64,000 nt of DNA from Armatimonadota bacterium (GTDB lineage Bacteria > Armatimonadota > SYMT01): the NCBI GenBank assembly GCA_046292385.1, contig JBKBRF010000005.1:1-64000 (forward strand). Direction: 5' to 3'. The translations under genes were made by a program, and so were the position numbers. Positions 17,962-27,060 of the stretch are shown here, one piece after another. The number at the start of each line of letters is the position of its first letter. The first letter of the stretch is position 1. The notes beneath the pieces were generated by a model. It worked only from the letters and a program-made list of their open reading frames with translations. It was not told the DNA's origin and searched no databases.

Positions 17962-19185
17962 TCATCCTTCGAGACATCCCCCTATCCCCTTTTTTACACT
18001 CTCCCCCAGGGCTCGAAGACGCTGCTCGGCTTCGGCGAGCGTCGCGTCGCGCTTGGGGAAGGCGAAGCGGATCAGGCGGCGGCCTTCCGGGTCGCCGGCG
18101 GGGTAGAAGCTGCTCCCGGGAACCACTGCCACGCCGACCTCCCGGATCAGGTGCATGGTGAACGCCACGTCGTCCGGGAAGTCGAAGCCGCCGATCTCCG
18201 CCAGCGTGTAGTACGCGCCCTCCGGAGAGTAGGCGCGCAGGCCGGCGGCGCGGACCATCGACACGGTGCGGTCCCGGCGCCGCTGGTACGCGGCGGCGAG
18301 GTCGTGGTAGTAGCTTTCCGGCAGCTCCAGCGCCGCGACGGCGGCCTCCTGCAGCGGGTGTGGCGCGCCGACCGTCAGGAAGTCGTGCACCCGGCGAATG
18401 CCGACGCTGATCTCCTTCGGGGCCACCGCCCAGCCCAGCCTCCAGCCGGTCACGCTGAAGGTCTTGCTGGCACCGCTGATGGTGACGGTCCGCTCCCGCA
18501 TGCCGTCGAGCGCTCCGAGCGAGAGGTGGCGGCGATCGTCGTAGAGGATGTGCTCGTAGATCTCGTCCGTGATGGCAAGGCAGTCATGCCGCTGGCACAG
18601 CTCCGCGATCAGCTCCAGCTCGGCCCGGGAGAAGACGTGGCCGGTCGGGTTGTGGGGCGTGTTGACGATGACGGCGCGCGTTCGGTCCGAAAAGGCCGCG
18701 CGCAGCTCCCCGGGATCGAAGCTCCACGCCTCCCCCTCCGGCCCGCTCGGAGCGCCGGTGGGCGGATGGAGCCGGACGTAGACCGGGCGGGCGCCGGAGA
18801 GGACCGTGTCCGGCCCATAGTTCTCGTAGAACGGGGTGAAGATGATCACCTCGTCGTCCGGGTTGCAGACCGCCATCAGGGTGGCGATCATCGCCTCCGT
18901 CGCGCCGCAGCAGACGGTGACGTTCTCGTTCGGATCGGTCGGGATGCCGTTGAACTCGGTGGCGTGGCGGGCGACGGCGGCTCGCAGGCGCGGCGTGCCC
19001 CAGGTGATGGCGTACTGGTTGTAGCCGTCGCGAAGCGCGCGACAGGCGGCTTCCAGGATCGCGGCGGGAGGATCGAAGTCGGGAAAGCCCTGCGCCAGGT
19101 TGACCCCTCCGTGGAGGGCGTGGAGCCGGGTCATCTCCCGGATGACCGACTCCTGAAAGCTGGCGGCGCGGCGTGAGATCTGCAT
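17962..19185 (-). CDS. PLP-dependent aminotransferase class I/II
   Basis: NLAQGFPDF, NTPHNPTG, DEIYEH, SKTFSVTGWRLG (PLP Lys). Confidence 0.96.
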   Translation of the reverse strand: MQISRRAASFQESVIREMTRLHALHGGVNLAQGFPDFDPPAAILEAACRALRDGYNQYAITWGTPRLRAAVARHATEFNGIPTDPNENVTVCCGATEAMIATLMAVCNPDDEVIIFTPFYENYGPDTVLSGARPVYVRLHPPTGAPSGPEGEAWSFDPGELRAAFSDRTRAVIVNTPHNPTGHVFSRAELELIAELCQRHDCLAITDEIYEHILYDDRRHLSLGALDGMRERTVTISGASKTFSVTGWRLGWAVAPKEISVGIRRVHDFLTVGAPHPLQEAAVAALELPESYYHDLAAAYQRRRDRTVSMVRAAGLRAYSPEGAYYTLAEIGGFDFPDDVAFTMHLIREVGVAVVPGSSFYPAGDPEGRRLIRFAFPKRDATLAEAEQRLRALGESVKKGIGGCLEG

Positions 19186-19507
19186 ACGCCATTATTCGCC
19201 GCGCCGCCGTCCCTTTCCGCATTGCCAGGAGCGCGACCGGGGGGCCTCGTGGAACTGAGTGGGCGAGTGGGCGCAAGGGGGAGTGGGAGAGAGCGTCTCC
19301 GGGAGCGTTGGTCTTTTGCCCGAAGCAGTGGTCGTCCCGGCGAGCCATCAAGTAAGAGCAGGCGAACGAGTAGGAGTAGGAGTGTCCGTACCGGGAGGTT
19401 CGGATTCATCCCTCATCCTTCCGCCCTCATCCCTCTAGCTCCCCCACTCCCCCTTTCGCCCACTCAGTTTCCGGTCGGTGTCCGGGCAGAAGTAACCGGG
19501 TCGGTCG

Positions 19508-20725
19508 CTAGAACAGCCCCTTGAGCATCCGGTCCCAGTAGAGCCGCGGCAGCACGTGCTTTTTCGCCATGTAGAGGCTCCACCGCTCCTTGCGCTGGTC
19601 TACGGGGAACGTCTCCCGCGGCAACTTCTCGTAGTCGAACTCCGCCAGGATCAGCTTGCCGTAGCCGGTCACCAGCGGGCAGGAGGCGTAGCCGTCGTAG
19701 CGCGCGGGGAGGGGCCGGGCGTCGAGGAAGGCGAGCAGGTTCTCCACCACCACCGGCGCCTGCTTCCGCACGGCGGCGCCGGTCTTGGAGGTGGGGGCGC
19801 TGCTGGCGTCTCCCAGTGAGAAGACGCTGGCGAACGACCGGTGCTGCAGCGTGTGCGGGTCGACGTCGATCCAGCCGCCGGCGCCCGCGAGCGGGCTGCG
19901 CTTCACGAAGTCCGGCGCGCTCTGCGGGGGCGTGACGTGGAGCAGGTCGTACTGGAGCACCACTCGCTCCTCCGTGTCGAGCCGGCGGAAGACCGCCTGC
20001 CTCACGTCCGGCCGCAGCTCCGCCAGCTCGTGACGGTAGCGCGCGTCGATTCCCTTCCGCCGCATCACCGCCTCCAGCGCGGGCGCGTAGTGCGCCACCG
20101 CGAAGAGGCTCGGCATGCCGGAGGCGAAGATCAGCTGCGTCTTCTCGCGGACCCCGGAGCGGCGGAAGTAGTCGTCCGCCAGGTAGGCGATCTTCTGCGG
20201 CGCGCCCGCGCACTTGATGGCGCTGCCGGGCTGGGTGAAGATCGCCGTGCCGCCGCGGAAGCCGCGCAGGAATTCCCAGGTCCGCTCCACCGCGTCGTAG
20301 GAGTAGTTGCTGCAGACTCCGTCCTTACCCAGGCTCTCGCGCAGGCCGGGAATCGCGTCCCAGTCGAGCTGGATTCCCGGCGCGGCGACGAGCGCGCGGT
20401 ACTCCACGCGGCGTCCGTACCGCGTGAGCACGGCATGCTCCTCCGGCGCGAACTCCGTCACCGCGTCCTGCAGCCAGGTGACGCCAGGAGGGATCACCGA
20501 CTTCTGCGACCGCCAGCTCGCCTCGCGCGGCGCTTCGCCGGCGCCGACCAGGGTCCAGATCGGCTGGTAGAAGTGCTTCTCGGAAGGCTCGATCAGCGCT
20601 ACGGAGAGCTCGGGGCGCATCCGCCGCGTCCGGGCCGCCACGGTAACGCCGGCGGTCCCCCCGCCCACGATCACGACGTCGTACCGCAGTCCCTTCCGCG
20701 CACCGGTCCGCTCGCTCCGCGCCAT
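19508..20725 (-). CDS. sqr: sulfide:quinone oxidoreductase (type II-like)
   Basis: GGGTAG FAD motif, HFYQPIWTLVG, IKCAGAPQK and YDGYASCPLVT active-site cysteines, LAEFDY. Confidence 0.9.
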   Translation of the reverse strand: MARSERTGARKGLRYDVVIVGGGTAGVTVAARTRRMRPELSVALIEPSEKHFYQPIWTLVGAGEAPREASWRSQKSVIPPGVTWLQDAVTEFAPEEHAVLTRYGRRVEYRALVAAPGIQLDWDAIPGLRESLGKDGVCSNYSYDAVERTWEFLRGFRGGTAIFTQPGSAIKCAGAPQKIAYLADDYFRRSGVREKTQLIFASGMPSLFAVAHYAPALEAVMRRKGIDARYRHELAELRPDVRQAVFRRLDTEERVVLQYDLLHVTPPQSAPDFVKRSPLAGAGGWIDVDPHTLQHRSFASVFSLGDASSAPTSKTGAAVRKQAPVVVENLLAFLDARPLPARYDGYASCPLVTGYGKLILAEFDYEKLPRETFPVDQRKERWSLYMAKKHVLPRLYWDRMLKGLF

Positions 20726-20863
20726 CGCTCGTTCCTCCGTCGCCTCGCGCCGGAGCCATCACTCAGCTCCGGTCACACGGGGACACGGAGAGTCAGGACG
20801 CGCTAAAAGGCCCGGGATGACGCAAGAGTTTGCTGGGAGAGTGAGCGACCGCGCCGGCGGGGG

Positions 20864-22255
20864 CTACGCGGCGGCGCGGCGGCGGGCCGGCACCGCCCGC
20901 GCGGGGGTGACGGCTTCCCAGGCGGCGAGGAGATCTTCCTCCAGCACGCGGCGCCAGGTCGGCAGCCGGCGCTCGGCCTCGCGACGGGCGGCCCGCCGCA
21001 TCAGATCCAGCCGCTCCGGCACCTGCAGCAGCGCCTCCAACTCCGCCGCCCACGCTTCCGGGTCGCTGCTCTCCACGAGCAGCCCATCGACGCCGGGACG
21101 GCTCACCGCGCGGGCCGAGCCGCCCTCCGTGGAGAGGACCGTCGGCAGCCCGGCGGCCCGCGCTTCGTTCACGACGTTCGGATTGACCTCCGTGGTGGAA
21201 GGGAGAACGAAGAGGTCGGCGCTGGCATAGACAGGCGGCAGCGCTTCCTGCGGCACCGGGCCGACGCAGGCGCCGTGCGGACCGAGCGCCGCCGCGACTT
21301 CCTCTCGCTGCCCGCCGCGGCCGGCGAAGAGCGTGTAAACCGGGAGCCCCCGCGCTCGCAGGATCCGGGTCGCTCGCGCCAGGACCAGCGGGCTCTTACT
21401 CTCGTCGACGCGGCCCACGTAGAGCAGCACGAACGCGCCCCGCGGGACCTGATACCGGTCTTCCAGCAGCGCGCGGCTGCGGAAGCGGGGATGGAACCGG
21501 TTCAGATCGACGCCCCGCCGCAGCCGGCCGATCCGCTCCGGCGGCAGCACCTCCAGCGCCCGTGCGTAGTCCTCGTCGCTGGAGGCGAGGACGCGGACGC
21601 ACAACCGGAAGTAATGCTGCATCCGCCGCTCCAGTCGCCGCGCCAGGCGGTCGGGCAGCCGGAGCCGCTCCACCAGCAGCCGCGGCAGCATCGTCTCCCC
21701 GAACAGGTTCCGCAGCGCCCGCTCCGCGAAGATCCGCGTGTAGCGCGGGATAGCGGTGTGGGTGGAGGTGACGAGCGGCGCCTGGTGCCTGCACGCGTAG
21801 TCGCGCACCGTATCGGCAAAGGCGAAGGTCGTTTCCGCCGTGTGCAGCACGTCGTAGTCCGGCAGATACTCCTGGAGGCCGGGGTGGCGCGGCGCGAGGT
21901 CGCTGTGGTCCGGCGCCCCCTGCAGGAACCAGAGCCGCCGGCTGCTGAAGACCGGCGGGTGCAAGAAGAAGCGGGCGTTCGCCCCAAGCCGGCGGCACTC
22001 CGGCCGGTCCCTCAGGAAGTGCACGCTGAGGTCGAGTCGCCCTTCGAGATCACACGCCGCCTCCGCGAACCGCTCCCAGCACTTCACGTGGCCGCCCGCC
22101 TCCGGAGTGAGCGCCAGGTTGACAAAGACGCCAACCCGCAGCGGGGCTTCTCCCGTCCCGCCAGGTAGTCGGGAACCGGCTCGGCCTCGCGGGCGCCTTT
22201 CCACCCGCAGTGGGATGGCGCGGGTCCGGTGTTCCGCAGTAGACCTTGCTCTCAT
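20864..22255 (-). CDS. glycosyltransferase family 4 (GT-B)
   Basis: YVGRVDESK, YASADLFVLPSTTE..NVVNEARAAGLP; true start may be further downstream (about 22140). Confidence 0.88.
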   Translation of the reverse strand: MRARSTAEHRTRAIPLRVERRPRGRAGSRLPGGTGEAPLRVGVFVNLALTPEAGGHVKCWERFAEAACDLEGRLDLSVHFLRDRPECRRLGANARFFLHPPVFSSRRLWFLQGAPDHSDLAPRHPGLQEYLPDYDVLHTAETTFAFADTVRDYACRHQAPLVTSTHTAIPRYTRIFAERALRNLFGETMLPRLLVERLRLPDRLARRLERRMQHYFRLCVRVLASSDEDYARALEVLPPERIGRLRRGVDLNRFHPRFRSRALLEDRYQVPRGAFVLLYVGRVDESKSPLVLARATRILRARGLPVYTLFAGRGGQREEVAAALGPHGACVGPVPQEALPPVYASADLFVLPSTTEVNPNVVNEARAAGLPTVLSTEGGSARAVSRPGVDGLLVESSDPEAWAAELEALLQVPERLDLMRRAARREAERRLPTWRRVLEEDLLAAWEAVTPARAVPARRRAAA

Positions 22256-22456
22256 CCGCGCTCTCCGCCGGGGGTGAGCTTCGCCCGGGCTCTTATGCCC
22301 CTCTCGCGCACAGGCTACCCCTCGGTACGTGACATGCCGCCTCGGAAAGCTGACTGCCAGTGAGCCGCGCCACTCGCTCCAGCGGCGGTGGTGGTGGTCG
22401 CCCGCTCCACGTCCCGGTTACACTCGGGCTGAAGGCGAGCAAGCGCGAGGTGTGAC

Positions 22457-23485
22457 GTGGAGTTGCGAAGCTTGGGGGAGTTCGGTCTGATCGAGCGGCT
22501 GGCGCGCGCGCTGGCGGAGCGCGGAGTGGAGCCTGCCGCCGGCTCGCTGCCGCTCGGCATCGGCGACGACGCCGCGGTCCTGCGCCTGCCCCCGGACCGC
22601 GACCTGGTCGCGACGATCGACGCGCTGGTAGAGGAGACCCACTTCCGCCGGGACTGGTCCCGCCCGGAGGAGCTGGGATGGAAGGCGCTGGCGGTCAACG
22701 TGAGCGACCTGGGCGGGATGGGCGCGCGGCCGCTGGGAGCGCTCGTCACGCTGGCCGCGCCGGCGGACACCCCGGTCCGGTGGATCGACCGGCTCTACCG
22801 GGGGCTCGCGGAGTGCGCCGCCCGCTACGGCTGCCCGGTGGTCGGCGGGGACACGGTAAAGGCCTCCCGGCAGATCGCCCTGTCGGTCGCGGCGCTCGGC
22901 AGCGTCCCGACCGGCCGCGCGGTCACCCGCGGCGGCGCGAGCGCGGGCGATCTCGTCTGTGTCACCGGGGTGCTGGGAGAGAGCGGTGCGGGCCTGGCGC
23001 TGCTGGAGCAGGGTTCGTCACGCGGCCTTACAGGCTTCAAGCCGCTGCTCGACTGGCACCGCCGCCCCGAGCCTCCGGTCGAGGCCGGCGCCGTGCTGGC
23101 GGAGCGGGGGCTGGCGACGGCGATGCTGGACCTCTCGGATGGTCTCGCCAGCGATCTCCGGCATCTCTGTCGCCGCAGCGGAGCCGGCGCCCGCGTAGAA
23201 GCGGCGCGGCTGCCGATCTCGGATGCCACCCGCCGGGCCGCCGCGGAGCTGGGCCGGGATCCGCACCATTTCGCCCTCCACGGCGGCGAAGACTATCAGC
23301 TCCTCTTCACGGTGCCGCCGGATCGCTTCGCCGAAGTGCCCCCCGCTCTCGGGCCGCTCGGGGTGACGGCCACCATCGTCGGCGCCGTCACCCGCCGCGG
23401 CATCACGCTCGTCCAGCCCGACGGACGCACGGAGCCGCTCCGCCCGAAGGGATTCGCGCACTTTGCGGCCGCGCCTGAACGCTAA
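22457..23485 (+). CDS. thiL: thiamine-monophosphate kinase
   Basis: GEFGLI, GIGDDAAV, VNVSDLGGMG, GGDT, DLSDGL, GGEDYQL. Confidence 0.96.
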   Translation: MELRSLGEFGLIERLARALAERGVEPAAGSLPLGIGDDAAVLRLPPDRDLVATIDALVEETHFRRDWSRPEELGWKALAVNVSDLGGMGARPLGALVTLAAPADTPVRWIDRLYRGLAECAARYGCPVVGGDTVKASRQIALSVAALGSVPTGRAVTRGGASAGDLVCVTGVLGESGAGLALLEQGSSRGLTGFKPLLDWHRRPEPPVEAGAVLAERGLATAMLDLSDGLASDLRHLCRRSGAGARVEAARLPISDATRRAAAELGRDPHHFALHGGEDYQLLFTVPPDRFAEVPPALGPLGVTATIVGAVTRRGITLVQPDGRTEPLRPKGFAHFAAAPER

Positions 23486-23770
23486 AGGGGGAACCGTTCG
23501 TGTTCGGGGCCGCCGACCTCGTCGAGCCGCTCCTTCCCCACTGCCGCCCCACGTGCCGCACGTTACGTGGAGCGCTCTGCCAGGCGCGGTGTGGCAAGCG
23601 ACCGTGCGCTGGGGGTGCCGGCAGCGGGGCGCTTAAATAGGGGTTTCGTGGGGCGCTGCAACAGGTACGTATAAGCATACGAGCTTCATCGCCGCGGGGC
23701 GCCCACCCGGGGTGTTCCGCGGTGCGCTCCGGCAGCGTGGCCGGGCCGCGGCGAGGCTCAAGGACCGGCC

Positions 23771-24145
23771 GTGATGTCTCCCGGCTGTGAGCTGGTGAAC
23801 GTGCATGTAGGCCGCGAGGGAGCGGACTACACCTTGGTCCACGTGGAGGGAGAGCTCGACGCGTGGACGACGCCGGAGTGCGAGGGTCGCCTCTTCTCCT
23901 ACTGCGAGGAGAGCTGCGGCCCGGTGGTGGTCGACCTCTCCAGCGTCGGTTTTATCGACAGCACCGGCGTGCGGATGCTGCTCCAACTGATCGCTCGCAA
24001 TCGTCCCCATCGCCAGATCGTGCTGGTGGAGCCGGAGCGTCCAGGTCCTCGGCGCGCGCTCCGGCTGCTGGGAATGGACCGCGTCTGCCCGCTCGTCGCG
24101 AGCGTGGAAGAAGCGGTAGCCGCCCCGACTCACCTCACGGACTGA
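23771..24145 (+). CDS. STAS-domain anti-sigma-factor antagonist
   Basis: VEGELD, VDLSSVGFIDSTG with phosphorylatable Ser. Confidence 0.88.
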   Translation: MMSPGCELVNVHVGREGADYTLVHVEGELDAWTTPECEGRLFSYCEESCGPVVVDLSSVGFIDSTGVRMLLQLIARNRPHRQIVLVEPERPGPRRALRLLGMDRVCPLVASVEEAVAAPTHLTD

Positions 24146-24250
24146 CCCGCAGACCCGACGCAGCAGGCTGGAAGGCGAACAGGTTTCAGGTTGCCCCCGC
24201 GTCCACGGTGGGAACCTGAAACCTGCCTGCTGCTCACGCCTTCGGCGGAG

Positions 24251-25357
24251 CTACTTCTTGGGGACCTCGCACGAGACGAAGGTGAACGAGTAGATCCCCA
24301 TACCCGGGGTCGTGGGCGCGAGCTTCAGCTTGCGCTGCCCGAACTTCGCGTTCTTGATGATGTTGTACATCCGCGGCTCGTCGACCAGCAGGTAGGTCTG
24401 CCCGTTCGAGTCGGCCTTGATGTCCGCGCCGCGGTCCGCTTGCGCCACGGGGCGGCCGTCGTGGAAGACGAGCACCTTGACCGGCTTCCCCTCCTCCGGG
24501 CGCAGCACGCTGTTCACTTCCAGCGCGTGGTACTTGATCGCCACGTAGTCGGTCGGCGCGTTGGTGGCCCGGGTGCTGATCACCGCCTCCATGGTATTGT
24601 TCCAGGCGCCGGAGAGATAGACGTAGCCGTCCTCCCAGTTGCCCGGATCCCGGTAGGTCACGGTCTGCCCGGGGCGGTAGCCCTCGCGGTTGGCGAGCGT
24701 CCCCTCGAAGCCGCCTCGCTCCGCGCCGAGGTAGAGCTCCGGGGTGACCGGATAGCAGACTGCGCCCGGCTTGTCCGTGCCTCGCAGCGCCGCGGTGATG
24801 GCGGGAAGCTCCACCTGCGGGTTTGCCGCCTTCAGCAGTCGCTGGATCTGCTCCTCCGTCGCCTCATAGGCACCTTCGCCGAAGTGGAAGTAGCGGACGA
24901 AGCCCTGGTGGTCGATCAGGTACTTGGCCGGCCAGTAGCGGTTGCCGTAGGCGTTCCACACCGCGTGCTGGTTGTCGTTGATGATCGGCCAGCTAAGCCC
25001 GAAGTCCTTCGCCGCCTTCGCCACGTTCACGTCTCGCTTGGCGAAGTGGAACTCCGGCGTGTGCACTCCTATAATGACGAGGCCCTTATCTTTGTACTTC
25101 TCGTGCCAGGACTTGAGGTACGGGAAGGTGCGGATGCAGTTGACGCAGGTGTACTCCCAGAAGTCGATCAGCACTACCTTGCCGCGGAGCTTCTCCATGG
25201 TGAGCGCGGGCGAGTTGAGCCACTGCTGCCCCGCGGGAAGATCCGGCGCCGGCACCTTAAAGTCCCGGCTCACGTTCTGCGCGCCCGCACCCACGGCCGC
25301 GGCCAGGGGGAGCAGGGCGAGCATGGAAAACAGAAAGAGGCGTCGGAGAGTTCGCAT
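24251..25357 (-). CDS. secreted redoxin with DipZ-like C-terminal domain
   Basis: LRGKVVLIDFWEYTCVNC, GVHTPEF, NRYWPAKYLID, TPELYLG. Confidence 0.92.
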   Translation of the reverse strand: MRTLRRLFLFSMLALLPLAAAVGAGAQNVSRDFKVPAPDLPAGQQWLNSPALTMEKLRGKVVLIDFWEYTCVNCIRTFPYLKSWHEKYKDKGLVIIGVHTPEFHFAKRDVNVAKAAKDFGLSWPIINDNQHAVWNAYGNRYWPAKYLIDHQGFVRYFHFGEGAYEATEEQIQRLLKAANPQVELPAITAALRGTDKPGAVCYPVTPELYLGAERGGFEGTLANREGYRPGQTVTYRDPGNWEDGYVYLSGAWNNTMEAVISTRATNAPTDYVAIKYHALEVNSVLRPEEGKPVKVLVFHDGRPVAQADRGADIKADSNGQTYLLVDEPRMYNIIKNAKFGQRKLKLAPTTPGMGIYSFTFVSCEVPKK

Positions 25358-25686
25358 GGCTCTACTTCTCGCACGAGCGGCGCGTGATCGCGCGGCGGAG
25401 TGGGCTGCGCCGGCTCCTGAAGCGGCTAGAGCTTCGGACGTTGCAACTGTTGTCATTGTACCACGCCGGTTTTTCAGACCGCCAGCGCGGGGGTGACAGC
25501 CGTGCGACCCTCCTCCTGTGAATTATTAGAGCGAACACGGCGGGTGACAAGAGCCGGCGCGCGTCAGCCCGCTTCCGAATGGCGTTTGAGACCCGCCGGG
25601 ACCGGGTGAAGTGCCGATGGAGCCTTTCCGCGCGCGGAGACCGGAGACCGCCGGGGTGCGCGGCCGTGTGAGATACTACGCAGCGT

Positions 25687-26922
25687 ATGAGCCTGGTCGT
25701 GCAGAAATATGGTGGCAGCTCCGTGGCGAACGCGGAGCGGATCCTCCACGTCGCCCGCCGCGTTGCCCAGTGCAAGACGGCGGGTCACGAGGTGGTGGTG
25801 ACCGTCTCCGCCATGGGAGACACCACCGATGAGCTGATCGAGCTGGCGCAGCGGGTCACGCGGAACCCCTCCGACCGCGAGATGGATCTGCTCCTCTCCA
25901 CCGGCGAGATCGTCTCCTGCACGCTGCTGGCAATGGCGCTGCGCGACCTCGGAGTCGCCGCCGCCAGCTTTACGGGTGGCCAGGCCGGGATCCTGACCGA
26001 CTGCGCTCACGGCCGCGCCCGGATCCTGAGTGTCGATCCGAAGCGCATCCGCGCCTGCCTCTCGGAAGATCAGGTGGCGATCATCGCCGGCTTCCAGGGG
26101 ATCAACTCCCAGACCGACATCACCACCCTGGGCCGCGGCGGCAGCGATACCACCGCGGTCGCGCTCGCGGCGGCGCTCTCCGCCCAGTGCTGCGAGATCT
26201 ACACCGACGTGGAGGGCGTCTACACCTGCGACCCCCGGCTGGAGCCGCGGGCGCGGAAGCTGGCGGAGATCTCGTACGAGGAGATGCTGGAGATGGCGAG
26301 CCAGGGAGCCCGCGTGATGCACCCCCGCGCGGTGGAGCTCGGGAGCCTCTACCGCATCCCGATCCTGGTGGCCAGCAGCATGGTCGAGGCCCCGGGAACG
26401 CTCATCCATGGCGACTGCGAGGGGAACTTCGAGATGGAACCGGCCAACAAGGTACGCGGCATCAGCCACGACGCGGGCATCGCCAAGGTGACGGTGCTCG
26501 GTGTTCCGGACCGGCCCGGCGCCGCGGCGGAGATCTTCCACGCGCTGGGAGAGGCAAACCTGACCGCCGACACGATCGTGCAGAACGCCAGCGCCCACGG
26601 CGACGCGACCGATCTGAGCTTCACCATCTCGGCCTCGGACCTCTCCCGGGCCCTCGAGGTCATCACGCCCGCCGCCCAGGAGATCGGCTCCGCGGGCGTG
26701 ATTACGGACGACCGCCTGGGCAAGGTGAGCATCGTCGGCACCGGCGTGCTGAATACCCCCGGCTACGCTCCCAGGATGTTCAAGACGCTGGCCGACGCCG
26801 GGATCAACATCGACCTGATTACGACCAGCGAGATCCGGATCACCTGCATCATCAAGCAGGACCGCATCCCCGAAGCGGTGCGGGCGCTCCACCGCGCCTT
26901 CGAGCTGGAGAAGGCGGACTGA
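25687..26922 (+). CDS. lysC: aspartate kinase
   Basis: VQKYGGSSV, TTLGRGGSDTTA, YTDVEG, two ACT domains (PDRPG, TSEIRI). Confidence 0.97.
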   Translation: MSLVVQKYGGSSVANAERILHVARRVAQCKTAGHEVVVTVSAMGDTTDELIELAQRVTRNPSDREMDLLLSTGEIVSCTLLAMALRDLGVAAASFTGGQAGILTDCAHGRARILSVDPKRIRACLSEDQVAIIAGFQGINSQTDITTLGRGGSDTTAVALAAALSAQCCEIYTDVEGVYTCDPRLEPRARKLAEISYEEMLEMASQGARVMHPRAVELGSLYRIPILVASSMVEAPGTLIHGDCEGNFEMEPANKVRGISHDAGIAKVTVLGVPDRPGAAAEIFHALGEANLTADTIVQNASAHGDATDLSFTISASDLSRALEVITPAAQEIGSAGVITDDRLGKVSIVGTGVLNTPGYAPRMFKTLADAGINIDLITTSEIRITCIIKQDRIPEAVRALHRAFELEKAD

Positions 26923-27060
26923 CTCCCGCAGTCGCGGATTCGTAGCATTTTTCGGTTTTCCCCTATTCAGAAGCGGACCGATCGCGCCGATAACAGCCCG
27001 GGAAGGGGCGGAAGTAACGCCGGAAGTCGTTCCGGAGCCCCTCCGCCGCTGTAGGTTGCG

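Noticed and set aside
22256..22456. TPP riboswitch upstream of thiL
   Set aside because: No CTGAGA or ACCTGA core visible
25460..25686. Lysine or SAM riboswitch upstream of lysC
   Set aside because: Diagnostic conserved motifs not found
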